DNA from: the human T2T-CHM13v2.0 reference genome, Homo sapiens
Direction: 5' to 3'
Length of the DNA stretch: 64,000 bases
Assembly: GCA_009914755.4 (NCBI GenBank)
Contig: CP068257.2
Span: forward strand, 23,520,001-23,584,000
Shown here: in pieces, positions 28,739 through 41,600 of the stretch
Layout of the letters: every line of letters starts with the position of its first letter
Position numbering within the stretch: position 1 is the first letter of the stretch
Made by a program: the position numbers and the translations under genes
Notes under the pieces: generated by a model
Told to the model about the DNA's origin: nothing
Database searches by the model: none
The model's input: only the letters and a program-made list of their open reading frames with translations

Positions 28739-29334
28739 ACTTCTAGCTCAATAAAAAATAAATCCAGAAGCCACAGGCATATGCAGATCTTTTAATTGCT
28801 AGGTAATTATTCGAGTATGAGATGTACTTTCAATCAGCTCTATCTGTCAAGAACTCTCTTCTGTTGTCCTATCAAAATCTTTACTCAGGACTCATTGCAT
28901 TGATTGATGCAAAGAGATTATTAACATTACTTTTAAGTTTACAAATATGAAGAGTAATTATTTTTTAGCCTACAAAGTTAAGCTTATATTTCAAAATCTC
29001 CTTAAAAAAGGGCCACAGATTCTGAGTTCTGTCTTCATCTAATCCAGTCAGCAGTGATTTTCAGAATGTCTGAGATCCCACAGATGAAAATAAAATGACT
29101 CATGTTCTACCTGGCTGCATTGGTCATTGCCTTTTTCCATATATCAGTCATCATAACTGAGATCAGAGCAGTAAGAAATCTTGCCTTAATGTTCCCCCAT
29201 TTGAGTCAGAGTAAAAAATCAGGGCTTCCACTGAAAATATCAATTATTCAGGTGATGTGTTTTATTGTCTATTATATATTAAGTTACTGTTTTTTTTTTA
29301 GAGATAAGATTTTTCCCTGATGTCACGGCATGCC

Positions 29335-29445
29335 ATAGGTATGTCTCTGAGAGTTTGAAAATAGAATATAGAAAATAATCAAGATGTTCATAACTGGAGG
29401 AATCCTGAGAATAAATATGAAGAGAAGAGTCATAGAGAGAAGAAA
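29335..29445 (+). repeat. Copy 2 of the ~105-bp direct repeat, immediately abutting a truncated Alu
   Basis: gtatgtctctgagagtttgaaaatagaatatagaaaataatcaagatgttcataactggaggaatcctgagaataaatatgaagagaagagtcatagagagaag. About 89% identical to copy 1. Confidence 0.7.
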
Positions 29446-29446
29446 C

Positions 29447-29718
29447 AGAAACCTGGAGTGTAGTGGCAAGATCATAACTTGCATAGCTTCGAACTCTTAG
29501 TCTCAAATGATCCTCTCATCTTCGCTTCCAAGTAGCTGGGAGTACAGGTCCATGCCGCCATCCTGGCTAAGTTTTGTTTGTTTGTTCGTTTGTTTCTAGA
29601 GAGATGGAGTCTTGCTATGTTGCCCAGGCTTGTCTCAAACCCCTGTCCTTGAGCAATCCTTCTACCTCAGCCTCCCAAAGTGTTTGGATTACACAGGCTT
29701 GAGCCGCCATACCTGGCC
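29447..29718 (-). mobile_element. Alu, minus orientation, lacking its 3' tail
   Basis: ...cctggagtgtagtggcaagatcataacttgcatagcttcgaactcttagtctcaaatgatcctctcatcttcgcttccaagtagctgggagtacaggtc...cctcagcctcccaaagtgtttggattacacaggcttgagccgccatacctggcc. Confidence 0.85.
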
Positions 29719-32180
29719 TAAATTTTATGCTATGAAGAGTGACTCCCCCATCGCCACTCACATGGTTGAGAATAAATTGGTATGACAGGAATTTCACAGA
29801 TATTTGTAATAAGCAGGAGTTTCTCTAATCATAGAAAAATTCCCTAAGTCTGGTAGACTGCAAAATGTCTCCACAAAGATGTTCATATCATAATACCCAG
29901 AATCTGTGAATGTTACATTGCATGGCAAAAAGGATTTTACGAATATGACTAAATTAAGGATCTGGATATGAGAAGTTTATCTTGTATTAAATGGATGTGC
30001 CCAATATAATCGCAAGGGTCCATTTAAAAGGGAGGCAGTAGAGTTAGATTCAAAAAAGGCTAAGTGATAACAGCAGAGAGAGAAATTAGAAGATGCTAAA
30101 CCACTGGCTTTGAAGACCAAAAGTGGGACCACAAGCCACGGAATGCAGGTGGCCTCTAAGCTACCAAGGGCAAGGAAACTAATTTTCCGCTAGAACTTCC
30201 AGAAGGAATGCGCTCTGCCAAAAATGGGGTGTTTGCTCAGCAAGACCATTTTGAACTTCTGATTTCTAGAGTATAAATTTGTGTTGTTTTCATTTGAGTT
30301 TATGAATAATGAGTTTATGGCAATTTGAGTTATGGCAATTTGTCACAGCAGCCATAGGAAATGAATGCGCTAAGTTATTTCAAATTTACTGTATTTTTAT
30401 TCATATTTGTGTATGTAGTCCATGCAGGTGTAAAAAGGTGATACATAAGCAGGGGCAGACCCCAAGCAGCCTCCATTGGGTAAACACTGCTCTTTACTGG
30501 TTCTTCATACCTACATAACACAATCTGCTTCAGTTCAGGTAATCTCTTTATAGCCCAACTAGAGATTTCTTAAGGTACCTTAGAAGTTCCTTCATAAGAA
30601 TTTCATGAAGCAATTGGGACTAGTTGAGAATTATTCAAACAGTGAATTTTAGAAGAAATGTTTACTGGGTAAATACAGTAACATTTAAATTATAGATAAG
30701 CTGATTATATTTTACTATCCAATTTCCATGCCTTTCTCACTGGGCAATTTATGAAATCATTAGTTGTGTATGGCTAAGGGAAATATTGATGTGCTCTATG
30801 AGTGGAGTGGCATCTGCTTTATTTTATTACTTGCTTCTGCATAATCCCCAGTCCTCTTGAATTTTGATCTTGAATTTGGATGGATGTCAATCCATAGATA
30901 ATTCTGCCTGTCTGAATTTTGTTCAAGATTCTGAATTTTAAACCTAAGTTCTCTTCTATGAACAACTATATTTGTCCTGTTTTTTTATCAACCATTATTT
31001 AATTTAACAAACATTTATAGAGTGCCTGCTGTATGCCATCCTCTCTTCAATGTACAAAACTGTCCAAAATTCCTGCCTTTCGAAGCTTAATTCTAGTGGA
31101 TCTGAGCAAACATGTAAAGGGATAAATATTCCTTCAATGTAAGTCTAGTAAATGTATCTACTGGAATCACCGACCAAAACCAAAGAAGGGCTCCTTTCTC
31201 TTTCTCTGATGGAAAGAGAGGGGGTGTGATTGGTGGAAAGTGAGGGAAGGGAGATGAAAAAAGCATTACAGAGGTGATATTTCATGACTCTGTTGACTGG
31301 GGACACAAAAAATTTCCACATGAAATACTTTTTCAAAATGTCCTTACCCGTTACTATAAATTTCAGTGATGATTTCCTTCAATGCCCTGTAAGCAAATGT
31401 CTCTGATTTTGCTACTAAACAATTAATTCCATGTCCATAAATGCATTGCTCACAGTGCCATCACCATGGATGAGGAAAGGAACCAGTAGGGCTATCACAG
31501 CTTAGGTCCAGTGAACTGCAACCTGCAGCTTCTTGGCTAAGAGTAATGATATGAAAAAGTCTAGCTGTAGATAATACAGTGATGTACAGCTGCAAGAAAA
31601 CAACCTGGGCTTCCTAAATGCCTTTGGAAAAGACATTTCACTTCTTTGGGCCTCTCTTTAAATATATATTGATTGAGAAATTTGCATTTGATAATCTTTA
31701 GATTTCTTTCCAGTGCTAATGTTCTATGATTCTATTGAAATTAAACATTCATATATGTAAGTCTAGAATCTCTTAATTCTATTCCTGTATGGAATATGTT
31801 TAATAATGTGTGTATTGTTGCATTAATTCAGTATCTTACTTTCTCCTCTAAGACACATGGAGACTAAAATCCCTTTGAAAACTACTGTTCTCAAAGTACT
31901 GTTACCACACACACATACAGGCATACCCAATTATATTTACATTCTGAAATTATACATGTATGTATAGACTGTATGTGGTTTAATCTCTTAAGTAGTATAA
32001 TATCTTAGATAACATTAGTTAAAGAGCAACATAATAATTTTTTCATTTGACATAGCTTAAACTTTCTCCATATTTTGCCTTACAAATTATAAAAGATGCT
32101 CTCATTTTTTTTGTAGAATGGATCCTCAATTAAGAACCACAAAGTACCATATTATTTCACTCAATTTATGAGAGCGAAAA

Positions 32181-32214
32181 CACATACAGACACACACACA
32201 CACACACACACACA
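32181..32214. repeat. (CA)n microsatellite, about 17 units
   Basis: cacatacagacacacacacacacacacacacacacata. Confidence 0.95.
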
Positions 32215-32229
32215 TAAATGCACATATCA

Positions 32230-32571
<342 letters not shown>

Positions 32572-32670
32572 TTACGAGTCAGCACACATTTAATTTCAGC
32601 TCATTATTCTCATAAATATACCAGTGCTTGTGGTGGAAACATACAAGGCCACAGAAGATCCTTAATCATA

Positions 32671-32965
32671 TTTTTTTTTTTTTGAGATAGAGTCTCGCCC
32701 TGTCGCCCAGGTAGGAGTGCAGTGGCACCATCTCGGCTCACCGCAACCTCCGCCTCCTGGGTTCAAGCGATTTTCCTGCCTCAGCCTCCTGAGTAGCTGG
32801 GATTACAGGTGCATGCCACCACGCCAGGCTAATTTTTGTATTTTTAGTAGAGATGGGGTTTCACCATGTTGGCCAGGTTGGTCTCTAACTCCTGACCTCA
32901 GGTGATGCACCTGCCTCCGCCTGCCAAAGTACTGGGATTACCGGCGTGAGCCACCACGCCTGGCC
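32671..32965 (-). mobile_element. Full-length Alu, minus orientation, with a 7-bp TSD
   Basis: T13 then gagatagagtctcgccctgtcgcccaggtaggagtgcagtggcaccatctcggctcaccgcaacctccgcctcctgggttcaagcgattttcctgcc...ctgggattaccggcgtgagccaccacgcctggcc. Flanked by aatcata on both sides. Confidence 0.95.
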
Positions 32966-33670
32966 AATCATAAAATTTCTAAAAAACAAATATGGGTACA
33001 TACTATATCTACTATGTTAAAAAAATGAACTGAAATACTCTAGAGATTTTCCAGATAAAGTCAAAACCAAAAAAGTGTTTTATGACTAATAGTCCATCAT
33101 AAAACTCAAGTAAGATAATATTCAAATTCCTAAACACTACGCCATAAAACTTGAAATATACAAAATGTATTTAAATGTGTATATTAATATTAAAGTACTT
33201 ACAACTTTTAAAATAAATGAAATATTTGTTCGGATGCATAAAACTTTTGGTACTAAGAGGCCACAACTATAAAAACAATTCTGGTCAAATCACCCGTGGA
33301 TGTATTATAAAACCAAGGGCCTCTTCTCTATAATTGAGTGTTGTCAAGATCAAGTCACATTTTTCCAAGTTCAGCTGAGAATGATTTTGAATAACTTTTA
33401 AAAGACCCTGGTGAAGCACCATGGAATATTCTATGAGTTATTCAGTCTTTGGGCATGATCATGAATATATTTACTATCTCATTTTTATGATCTCTTAAAA
33501 AGTATTTTCAAAACATCTTGTGGGGGTCTCAGAGGCAACATTTGGTGAAAACCATCTTCCAAACTACATTTCTGTGGATTTGTGTACAGTTACTCTGAAA
33601 GGAAGTGACCCTTAGCCATTAAAAGGAGAGATTTACCTGAGCAATGCCAAGTAGTATGTTGGCACCTTAT

Positions 33671-33703
33671 TTTCTTTTTTTTCTTTTTTTTTTTTTTTTT
33701 TTT
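33671..33703. repeat. T-rich homopolymeric tract
   Basis: ttttcttttttttcttttttttttttttttttt. Confidence 0.85.
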
Positions 33704-33836
33704 ACAATTCTTCTTGTTTATTTCTTCACAGTTGGGGCAAAAAAAAACCCTCAAAATTTAATGCACTCAATTACTACAAAATAACACCAAAATGGTTATG
33801 AAAATAAGTATGGAGGTGCTTATGTCTTTAGTGTGG

Positions 33837-33910
33837 TTTTTCCTTTCTTCTTTCTTTTCTCCCTTCCTTCTTTTCCTCCTTCCTTTATTGCTTCCTTCTT
33901 TCTCCATCAT
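33837..33910. repeat. Polypyrimidine (CT-rich) tract on the plus strand, polypurine on the minus strand
   Basis: ttttcctttcttctttcttttctcccttccttcttttcctccttcctttattgcttccttctttctcc, essentially purine-free over about 70 bp. Confidence 0.85.
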
Positions 33911-35465
33911 TTCTGTGTTTGTTTTTTTCATGATTATACATGTAAGCTTATAAAATAAAGAAGCTTTTCTTCTTTTTATAGATGAAAAGCAAGAGAAATA
34001 GGAAAGGGTAAAACATCCTGCAAAAACGGCAAAAATGTAATTGAACTGTCTTCAATATATGCTGTAATACCATAAATTCCTTTGTCATGGAAAATATTTA
34101 ACATATTGGCACACATAATTATGGTATATCTACCATGTATATTTCAATAAGCTATTTTTCTTGAAACACTGTCACTGGACAGGCCATGACACACAGCTCT
34201 TTCCATAGATTCTCTCATGAAGATAAAGAACAGTTATTCCTCCAGGCAGAACACGGTAAGGAAGAATTTTGTGTAACGGTAGGAAACCCAGGGTAGGAGG
34301 AAGTAGTTTACAATGACTCAATGTTAGTGCAAACAAGAAAAACATACTTGTTTCAAATGAGGGATATTCTACTAAAATGCATATGCTGCCAGCGTGTGAT
34401 GATTTTAATGAATTAAGATTAATTCTATGCACAAGAAATATATAAACATACTTTATCAAACATGACACTTCAAACATATGACATAGCCATTTTATTCAAG
34501 TTTATTACTCATAAACTTGAATGTTTATATACATTGTATTTATATATATAGGATATATATAAATTATATTCTTCTTATGTCCCATTCACTCTTAGATATT
34601 TCTATCACAAAATCAGCTGCTAGCTGCTTCTTTTAACAGACTAACCCTAAAATATAAATTTCAATAACATTAAACAAGAAATGACAAACATAAGAGAGCT
34701 GCCAATAGCTTGATGATAAGATTGATGTGACTCCACAGAAAAGGATGATGCTCCAAGACTATATACTAAGGGGCTGCTACTTAGCAAAACACCCTTACTA
34801 GTTTCCAACAGGGTGTGTAGAAGCAACGATCATTATTTTAAAGTTTCTAGCAATTTTTTTTTGTTGCAAAAGCTGATTTTGCATCTTAAAATTTGGCAGT
34901 TGGAAAAAAAAGACAATATTTTGGATTAGAAGCCAGTTCTGTCTTCTTGGATAGAAATCAGAAGTTGTTCTGGGGACAGCCTCCCCCTTAATACCAGCAG
35001 AGACCACTTGGGTAAACACAATGAGTCAGATGGTTGTAATAGATGTAGCCGTTGTTCGTAAAGAAGTCTCAAACCAATGCCAGATAAAAATATCATCAAC
35101 TCTTGAGATTGTCTAAGCCCCAGGCAACAGAATGCTCCTGTGTGGGTAGCATGCGTAGTGACTGAAGTAATAGATGCTTCCACAATCACTAATTCAGAAA
35201 GAGGATTAAGGAAGTGGGACCTGTTGCGGATAGGAAAGTTTCATTTATTTCCTGAACTCTAAGGAGTGGCAAAATGATTGAAAGGGTCCTTGAGGAAAAA
35301 TAAGCATGGCAGCAGCCTGCTGCGGTAGAGAGAAAAAGAAGGGGAAAAGAGGAACTCAAACCAAATAAGAAACCCTGTAGAGGAGACTGGGTGCACTCAA
35401 AGGAGTGATGATAACTGATGAAGAGGATTTTACTTTTTTTGCTTATGTTTTGAGTATTTTGCATT

Positions 35466-36391
<926 letters not shown>

Positions 36392-39240
36392 TACAGTTTT
36401 AGATTTCTTAGCCTTTTGCTTTGGAGAACAATTTGAATGTATGATTATGTTACCAGGGCGGGTAGAGGGTGTGACCCTGAATGTAGCCTAACAGTGTGCA
36501 GAGAGAAGATAATGAGAGGGCCAAAAGCAACAGAGCGCTCTGAACAGAAATCTCTAGCAAGAGATGACAAGCAGCCACATAGAATGGATCTGTCAAACAT
36601 TTAAGGATCCCAGTAGTATTTAAACTTAACAAGGACAGAACCCCATACAAAGCAAGAATTTACTGCCATCAATGGGAAGATGGCCGAGGTTGTGTTATGT
36701 GTTACCTACATAATAACGAGAAGGGTGATCTCTGAAGACATGGGAATTTGGGGGCATTCAGGTTCACTGCAGAATGTTGTAAATGTTAGACAGAAAGAGT
36801 GAAATTTAGGCATTTGCCCTTGGAGCCTTCCTACCACTTTCTAGTATTTCTCGGAAATACAAGCACCAGAGAGCACCTTTTCTTGCACGGATTACTTTCC
36901 TGAAGAAATGTAAAGACCATTCACTTAATGCCTCAATTAATTTTGTTTACTAAGCAACATGCTAATCTAAAATACCATTTTTCATTTGAATTAGAAAGAT
37001 TGTGAATAGAGAAAAACTTTTAAAGTAAACTACAAATGAAAGCTTTTGGGTCGTACTTGTTTTTGAGTTTTTTTCTACCATGTTATACTTTTTTATTTCT
37101 TTTTTTCCTTTTCTGTAACACAGTATCAAGGTCAACAAATGGCTTGATTTGAACTCCCTTTGAAAGTTGCTGGAAGCTCAGAAAATGTCATCAACTAGAG
37201 ATAAGAAATTTCCTTTGTCTTATACAGGACTCTGTATAAGACTGTATTCCCTTCAGTATATTTTATTGTTTTCTTTTTAAATTTCTTATTTTACTCTGTG
37301 ATCCTGCCTGGCAGTCTAGCTTCTGTTTCCAAATCCCTGTTTTCTTGACATTTTCAGTGGCTTGTGATTCCCTGTCACCAGCAAGGCATATAATTGAAAC
37401 GAAGAGTGTGAGAACAATAGGAACCTGATAATAAGTCATTGTTACAAGATCAGGTTCTTACATAGCAATGCAACAATATAAAGAAGTATGCTTCCAGGAG
37501 GTAGGTGGTTATTTCTATTCAGACTCAAAGAATGTTAAGTCACCCAAAAGAGGAACTTATTTTTAACAAATTAGAAAAACAAAAAATACAATGAATACTT
37601 TTTTTAGTTTATGAATTTCCTCCCCTCAATTAATCATTGGTTAGATGCTAAATAATACGTAAAAATTTTCAATATGACTTGCTAATTGAGAGGACAATCA
37701 TGATATGTATGTATACATTACATAATATTATATTTTAATATGCTTTTGCTGAACACTTCGAAAATGTTTAATGCTTAATAGCCTGGCCAAGTTGAAATTT
37801 GAAAGTCATTTCTGTATCAGTTATGTTCTCCCTCTCCTCTTTGTGTGTGCAGGGTATACATTCATGCATTACTCAACAACAAGGATACATTCCAGGTAAT
37901 GCATCTGGAGGCAACTTCCTCATTGTGCAAACATCATAGAGTGTACTTACACAAACCTAGAGGGTATAGCCTACTACACACCTATGCTTATACTACAGCC
38001 TACTGCTCTTAGAGTACAAATCTGTGCAGCACGGTACTGTAGTGAATACTGGAGACAATTGTAACACAAGGTAAATATTTTTGTATTGAAACATCTGAAC
38101 ATAGAAAATGTACAGTAAAAGTACGATATTATAATCTTATGAGATCACCTTCTAAATGTGGTCCTTCATCAGCCAAAATGTTATGTGGCACATGACTGTA
38201 ATACCTTTTCTTACACTCCAAGAGAATGCCAGAAGAAACTCATTTAAAAATCTGAATTTTTAAAAGCAATTTGAAGTCAGATTTCCTTTTACTTTAGGAT
38301 GCTAACATGTTAATTCTTTCAGGATTAGAATAGAAACTACATAATTTTACATCAATAGACTCTACACCTTGTTGCTTAATATTGATTTAAGAAATTCAAA
38401 GCAAATATAAAAGAACTAAAAAGGTTAGTATGTGTAGGCAACAGAAAGCTGATATTTGTAACAGACATGATTTGCTATCTCTGAAAGGCTTTCCTCCATG
38501 TCTCCCTAGCTGGCGGAGGTGCAGTGTAGGTAAAGTGACCACCTTCAACCTTCTACTTGGCCATGCCAAGGGAGGTTACCCTATCCTCAGTCGTGATAAA
38601 GCTCATCTTGGCAATTGCATTGCTCTTGAGAATAATTAACCTACTAATAGACGTGTGACTTTTTTTGCTATTTAAAGAACTAAAACCAAGCAGCCCTTTG
38701 ATTAAAAACATAAATTTGTTGAGAATAATTCCTTTTCCTGCCCCTTGAATAAGGCTCTGAAGGAAAGTAAAGGCTAGAGCTGTGGCAGCCAAATTACAAC
38801 CATGGAGGAAAAAGCCTGAGGTTAAAGCCAACATTCTGTGGACTGCTGAGCCCTTGGTAATATTGCTACACAGTTGAACTAGTCAACCCTGCAATTACTC
38901 CGCATGTTCTATAAGATAAGAAATTCCAGCTAAGCCATTTTAGACATTTTTCTGTTATTTTAAGTGAAAGCATCCTTATAGAAACATATGCCTATGTGCT
39001 TGTATACATAGATGAGAAAAAATTAATGTGAAAAGTATGTAGTATTTATATATAAATTACATACATATTATGTTTATTTCTCATACTTTCAAAGAAATAA
39101 TATCTGGTTAGGAATTGTATTGCTCTACTTCAAATTGCATTTAGAGCAATTTACCAATGTTCAAAGCAAAGGAAGCAAACTTTTATCTACAGATACATTT
39201 GCTTTCTAACTTAAGGTTTCCTCAAAAACATGTATTTTAC

Positions 39241-39461
<221 letters not shown>

Positions 39462-39976
39462 TTATTCTGCAGACCCCATTGAACTTTAGGGAGTACAGCT
39501 CAGATTGTACTCAGCTCAAAAGTAAAAATTTGACTACACCAAAGTACCTATAATCTAACTCCTATATAATTTGTAATGGCTTTTTGTTTCTGTTATTGTA
39601 GTAAGTACAACAGGTTTCAAAATTATCCTCTTCTTTCTGGAGTATGATCGCTATAGTTTCATGTTTCTACTGAAAAATCAATGCAGGAAGAAAAATATAT
39701 CTAATTCAAAATTGTCCTAAAGACAAACCTTAAGTGATTAATTTATAATCATATTTGCTAGACTCAAATACATATTTTACGGTTTAATTGCTTAGCACTG
39801 TATTTTTTTTTCTTGCCAAAAATGATAATAGATAAAAAATGAAGTTATTTTAGACTGAAATGAACACTGCAGGTTATTGATCTTTTCACATCACATTACA
39901 ATCACATGGATTGTGGACCAAACTACTGACAATCAAGAGCAAATTCACAGTAATTTCAGGAGAAAAAAAGTTGATG

Positions 39977-40066
39977 GTCTATGGCCATACCACCCTGAAT
40001 GCACCTGATACTGTCTGTTCTCAGAAGCTAAGCAAGGTCAGGCCTGGTTAGTACTTGGATGGGAGA
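39977..40066 (+). pseudogene. RNA5SP: Retroposed 5S rRNA pseudogene: nt 1 to about 90 of the 121-nt 5S, 3'-truncated, A-tailed, with a TSD
   Basis: gtctatggccataccaccctgaatgcacctgatactgtctgttctcagaagctaagcaaggtcaggcctggttagtacttggatgggaga against 5S GTCTACGGCCATACCACCCTGAACGCGCCCGATCTCGTCTGATCTCGGAAGCTAAGCAGGGTCGGGCCTGGTTAGTACTTGGATGGGAGA. About 90% identity, with differences mostly at CpG sites. Flanked by a direct repeat (g)aaaaaaagttgatg at 39963-39976 and 40066-40079. Confidence 0.85.
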
Positions 40067-40194
40067 AAAAAAGTTGATGTAAATATACAAATAGAGTCAG
40101 GATTTCCAAAGAGGACTCTTAGGTGTAACATCCTTGGAATTTAATTCCAGAAGTCATTGTACCATTGTACCTGTAGATATGGCCTGACCCAAAT

Positions 40195-40715
40195 GAGCTC
40201 AGTCTTAGTTTATTTTGTGCTGCTATAACAGAATATCACTGAATATTCTGGATATTCTGAGCTGATTGGATAATTTATAATGAACAGAAATTTATATCTC
40301 ATGGTTCTGGAGGCTAAGTCCAAAGTGAGGGATTAGCATCTTGTCAGGGCCTTCTTGCTGCCTCATCCCATGGCAGAAGGGCAAAAAAAAAGAGTAAGAA
40401 AGAAAAAGAGATGGTGATTGAAGTTGTCTTTTTATAAGAAACTCACTCCCATAAAAATGGCAATAATTCATTCCAGAAATCGAGCCTTCATGGCCTAATC
40501 ATCTCTTAAAGTTCCCACCTTTAAATGCTGTTGCATTGGAGATTAAGTTTCCAACACATGCCATTTGGGGGACACATTCAAATGATACCTAGCTTTCTTT
40601 GGAGAGCCAGCCCATAAACTGCAGCTCTGCCAATCCTTGATTTTGGGTAGAGAGCTGTGCAGTTTTTTCAGAGACTAAATCTAAATCTCCTCTAACAACC
40701 AGGAACGATCATATA
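40195..40715 (+). mobile_element. MaLR LTR (MLT1-like), plus orientation
   Basis: ttagtttattttgtgctgctataacagaata...tcatggttctggaggctaagtccaaagtgagggattagcatcttgtcagggccttcttgctgcctcatcccatggcagaagg...ttttataagaaactcactcccat...catggcctaatcatctcttaaagttcccacctttaaatgctgttgcattggagattaagtttccaacacatgccatttgggggacacattcaaa. Confidence 0.5.
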
Positions 40716-40716
40716 T

Positions 40717-40825
40717 ATCAGGTATGCCACGCTGTTTCTTTTTTTTTGTATTTATAAATAGATGATATGGGTCTCCTAACTTCCTATAAAACCAACTGAT
40801 TTTGTTTACTAAAATGAACTTAAGT
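40717..40825 (+). repeat. Copy 2 of the ~85-110 bp direct repeat, abutting the 3' end of the MLT1-like LTR
   Basis: Core tgtttctttttttttgtatttataaatagatgatatgggtctcctaacttcctataaaaccaactgattttgtttactaaaatga, about 96% identical to copy 1. Weaker similarity extends about 20 bp to either side. Confidence 0.7.
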
Positions 40826-41039
40826 AGCTTTGCTTCACTAGCTACTGAAGTTCCCAGATCTCAGGTACCACATAGCCTTCAGAGACCAGGTAATGGTCAT
40901 AAAGAACCCAGTATTTAGAATATAGATGTATGCAACAATCAAATTCCTATGTTTACCTGACAAAATGTGACATATTTACTTGATTAATACTTCTAGAGTA
41001 TATCAAAATCTTATCACACAGTGTTCACTTTTCTGTATT

Positions 41040-41420
41040 ATTTGTTAATTCATTCACTCACTCATTAAATCAATAATATTTATTGGATTTCTCATGTTCT
41101 GAGAACCAAGAGTATGGTAACAGACAAAAAAAAAAAAAAAGATATGGTCTCTACCCTCAAAGTTTAGCGTCCAGTGAGAATAATAATAATTCACACTATG
41201 TAAATTCCACTACTGGTTTATAACACTCACCCATTTAAGTTCTTTATACATGTATTCTTCTTTATTCTTTCGACCAATCTGTATGGTATTATTAAGCATA
41301 TATCACAAATGAAAAAACTGATGCTTACAATGCTTAGATAATGTAGACGGATTTGCCAAGCTAACAAATTGTAGCATTAAAGCTTGAGTTCTAGCCCACT
41401 GTACCATAAAACGTATGTTT
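41040..41420 (-). mobile_element. MIR-like ancient SINE, antisense orientation
   Basis: attcattcactcactcattaaatcaataatatttattgga...acagacaaaaa...ctctaccctcaaagtttagcgtccagtgag, then gaaaaaactgatgcttacaatgcttagataatgtagacggatttgccaag resembling the MIR core in antisense (gaggaaactgaggctcagagaggttaagtgacttgcccaag). Confidence 0.4.
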
Positions 41421-41467
41421 TTAATCAAAAGCAATGACTGATTATTCAGTCGTCTACGCAGCAAATG

Positions 41468-41600
41468 TTAATTGAGCACTGGCTAAGTACCAGGCATTAT
41501 AATGGGAGCTAGGAAAAGAGTGAAGAAAAGACAAGGTTCCTGGCCATTTAGAGCCAACATTCTTATAGAAAAGACAATACAAAACAAGCAAACCAGTAAA
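41468..41600 (-). mobile_element. Second MIR-like fragment, antisense orientation
   Basis: aaatgttaattgagcactggctaagtaccaggcattataatgggagctaggaaaag...agacaatacaaaacaag follows the aatatttattgagcacctactatgtgccaggcactgt...ctag....gagacagacaataaacaag pattern. Confidence 0.4.

Noticed and set aside
37830-38075. A stretch (…gagggtatagcctactacacacctatgcttatactacagcctactgctcttagagtacaaatctgtgcagcacggtactgtagtgaatactggagacaattgtaacacaaggtaaatatttttgtat…) that feels like a known interspersed repeat
   Set aside because: I could not place it in a named family from memory, so I did not list it as a feature. RepeatMasker should resolve it.
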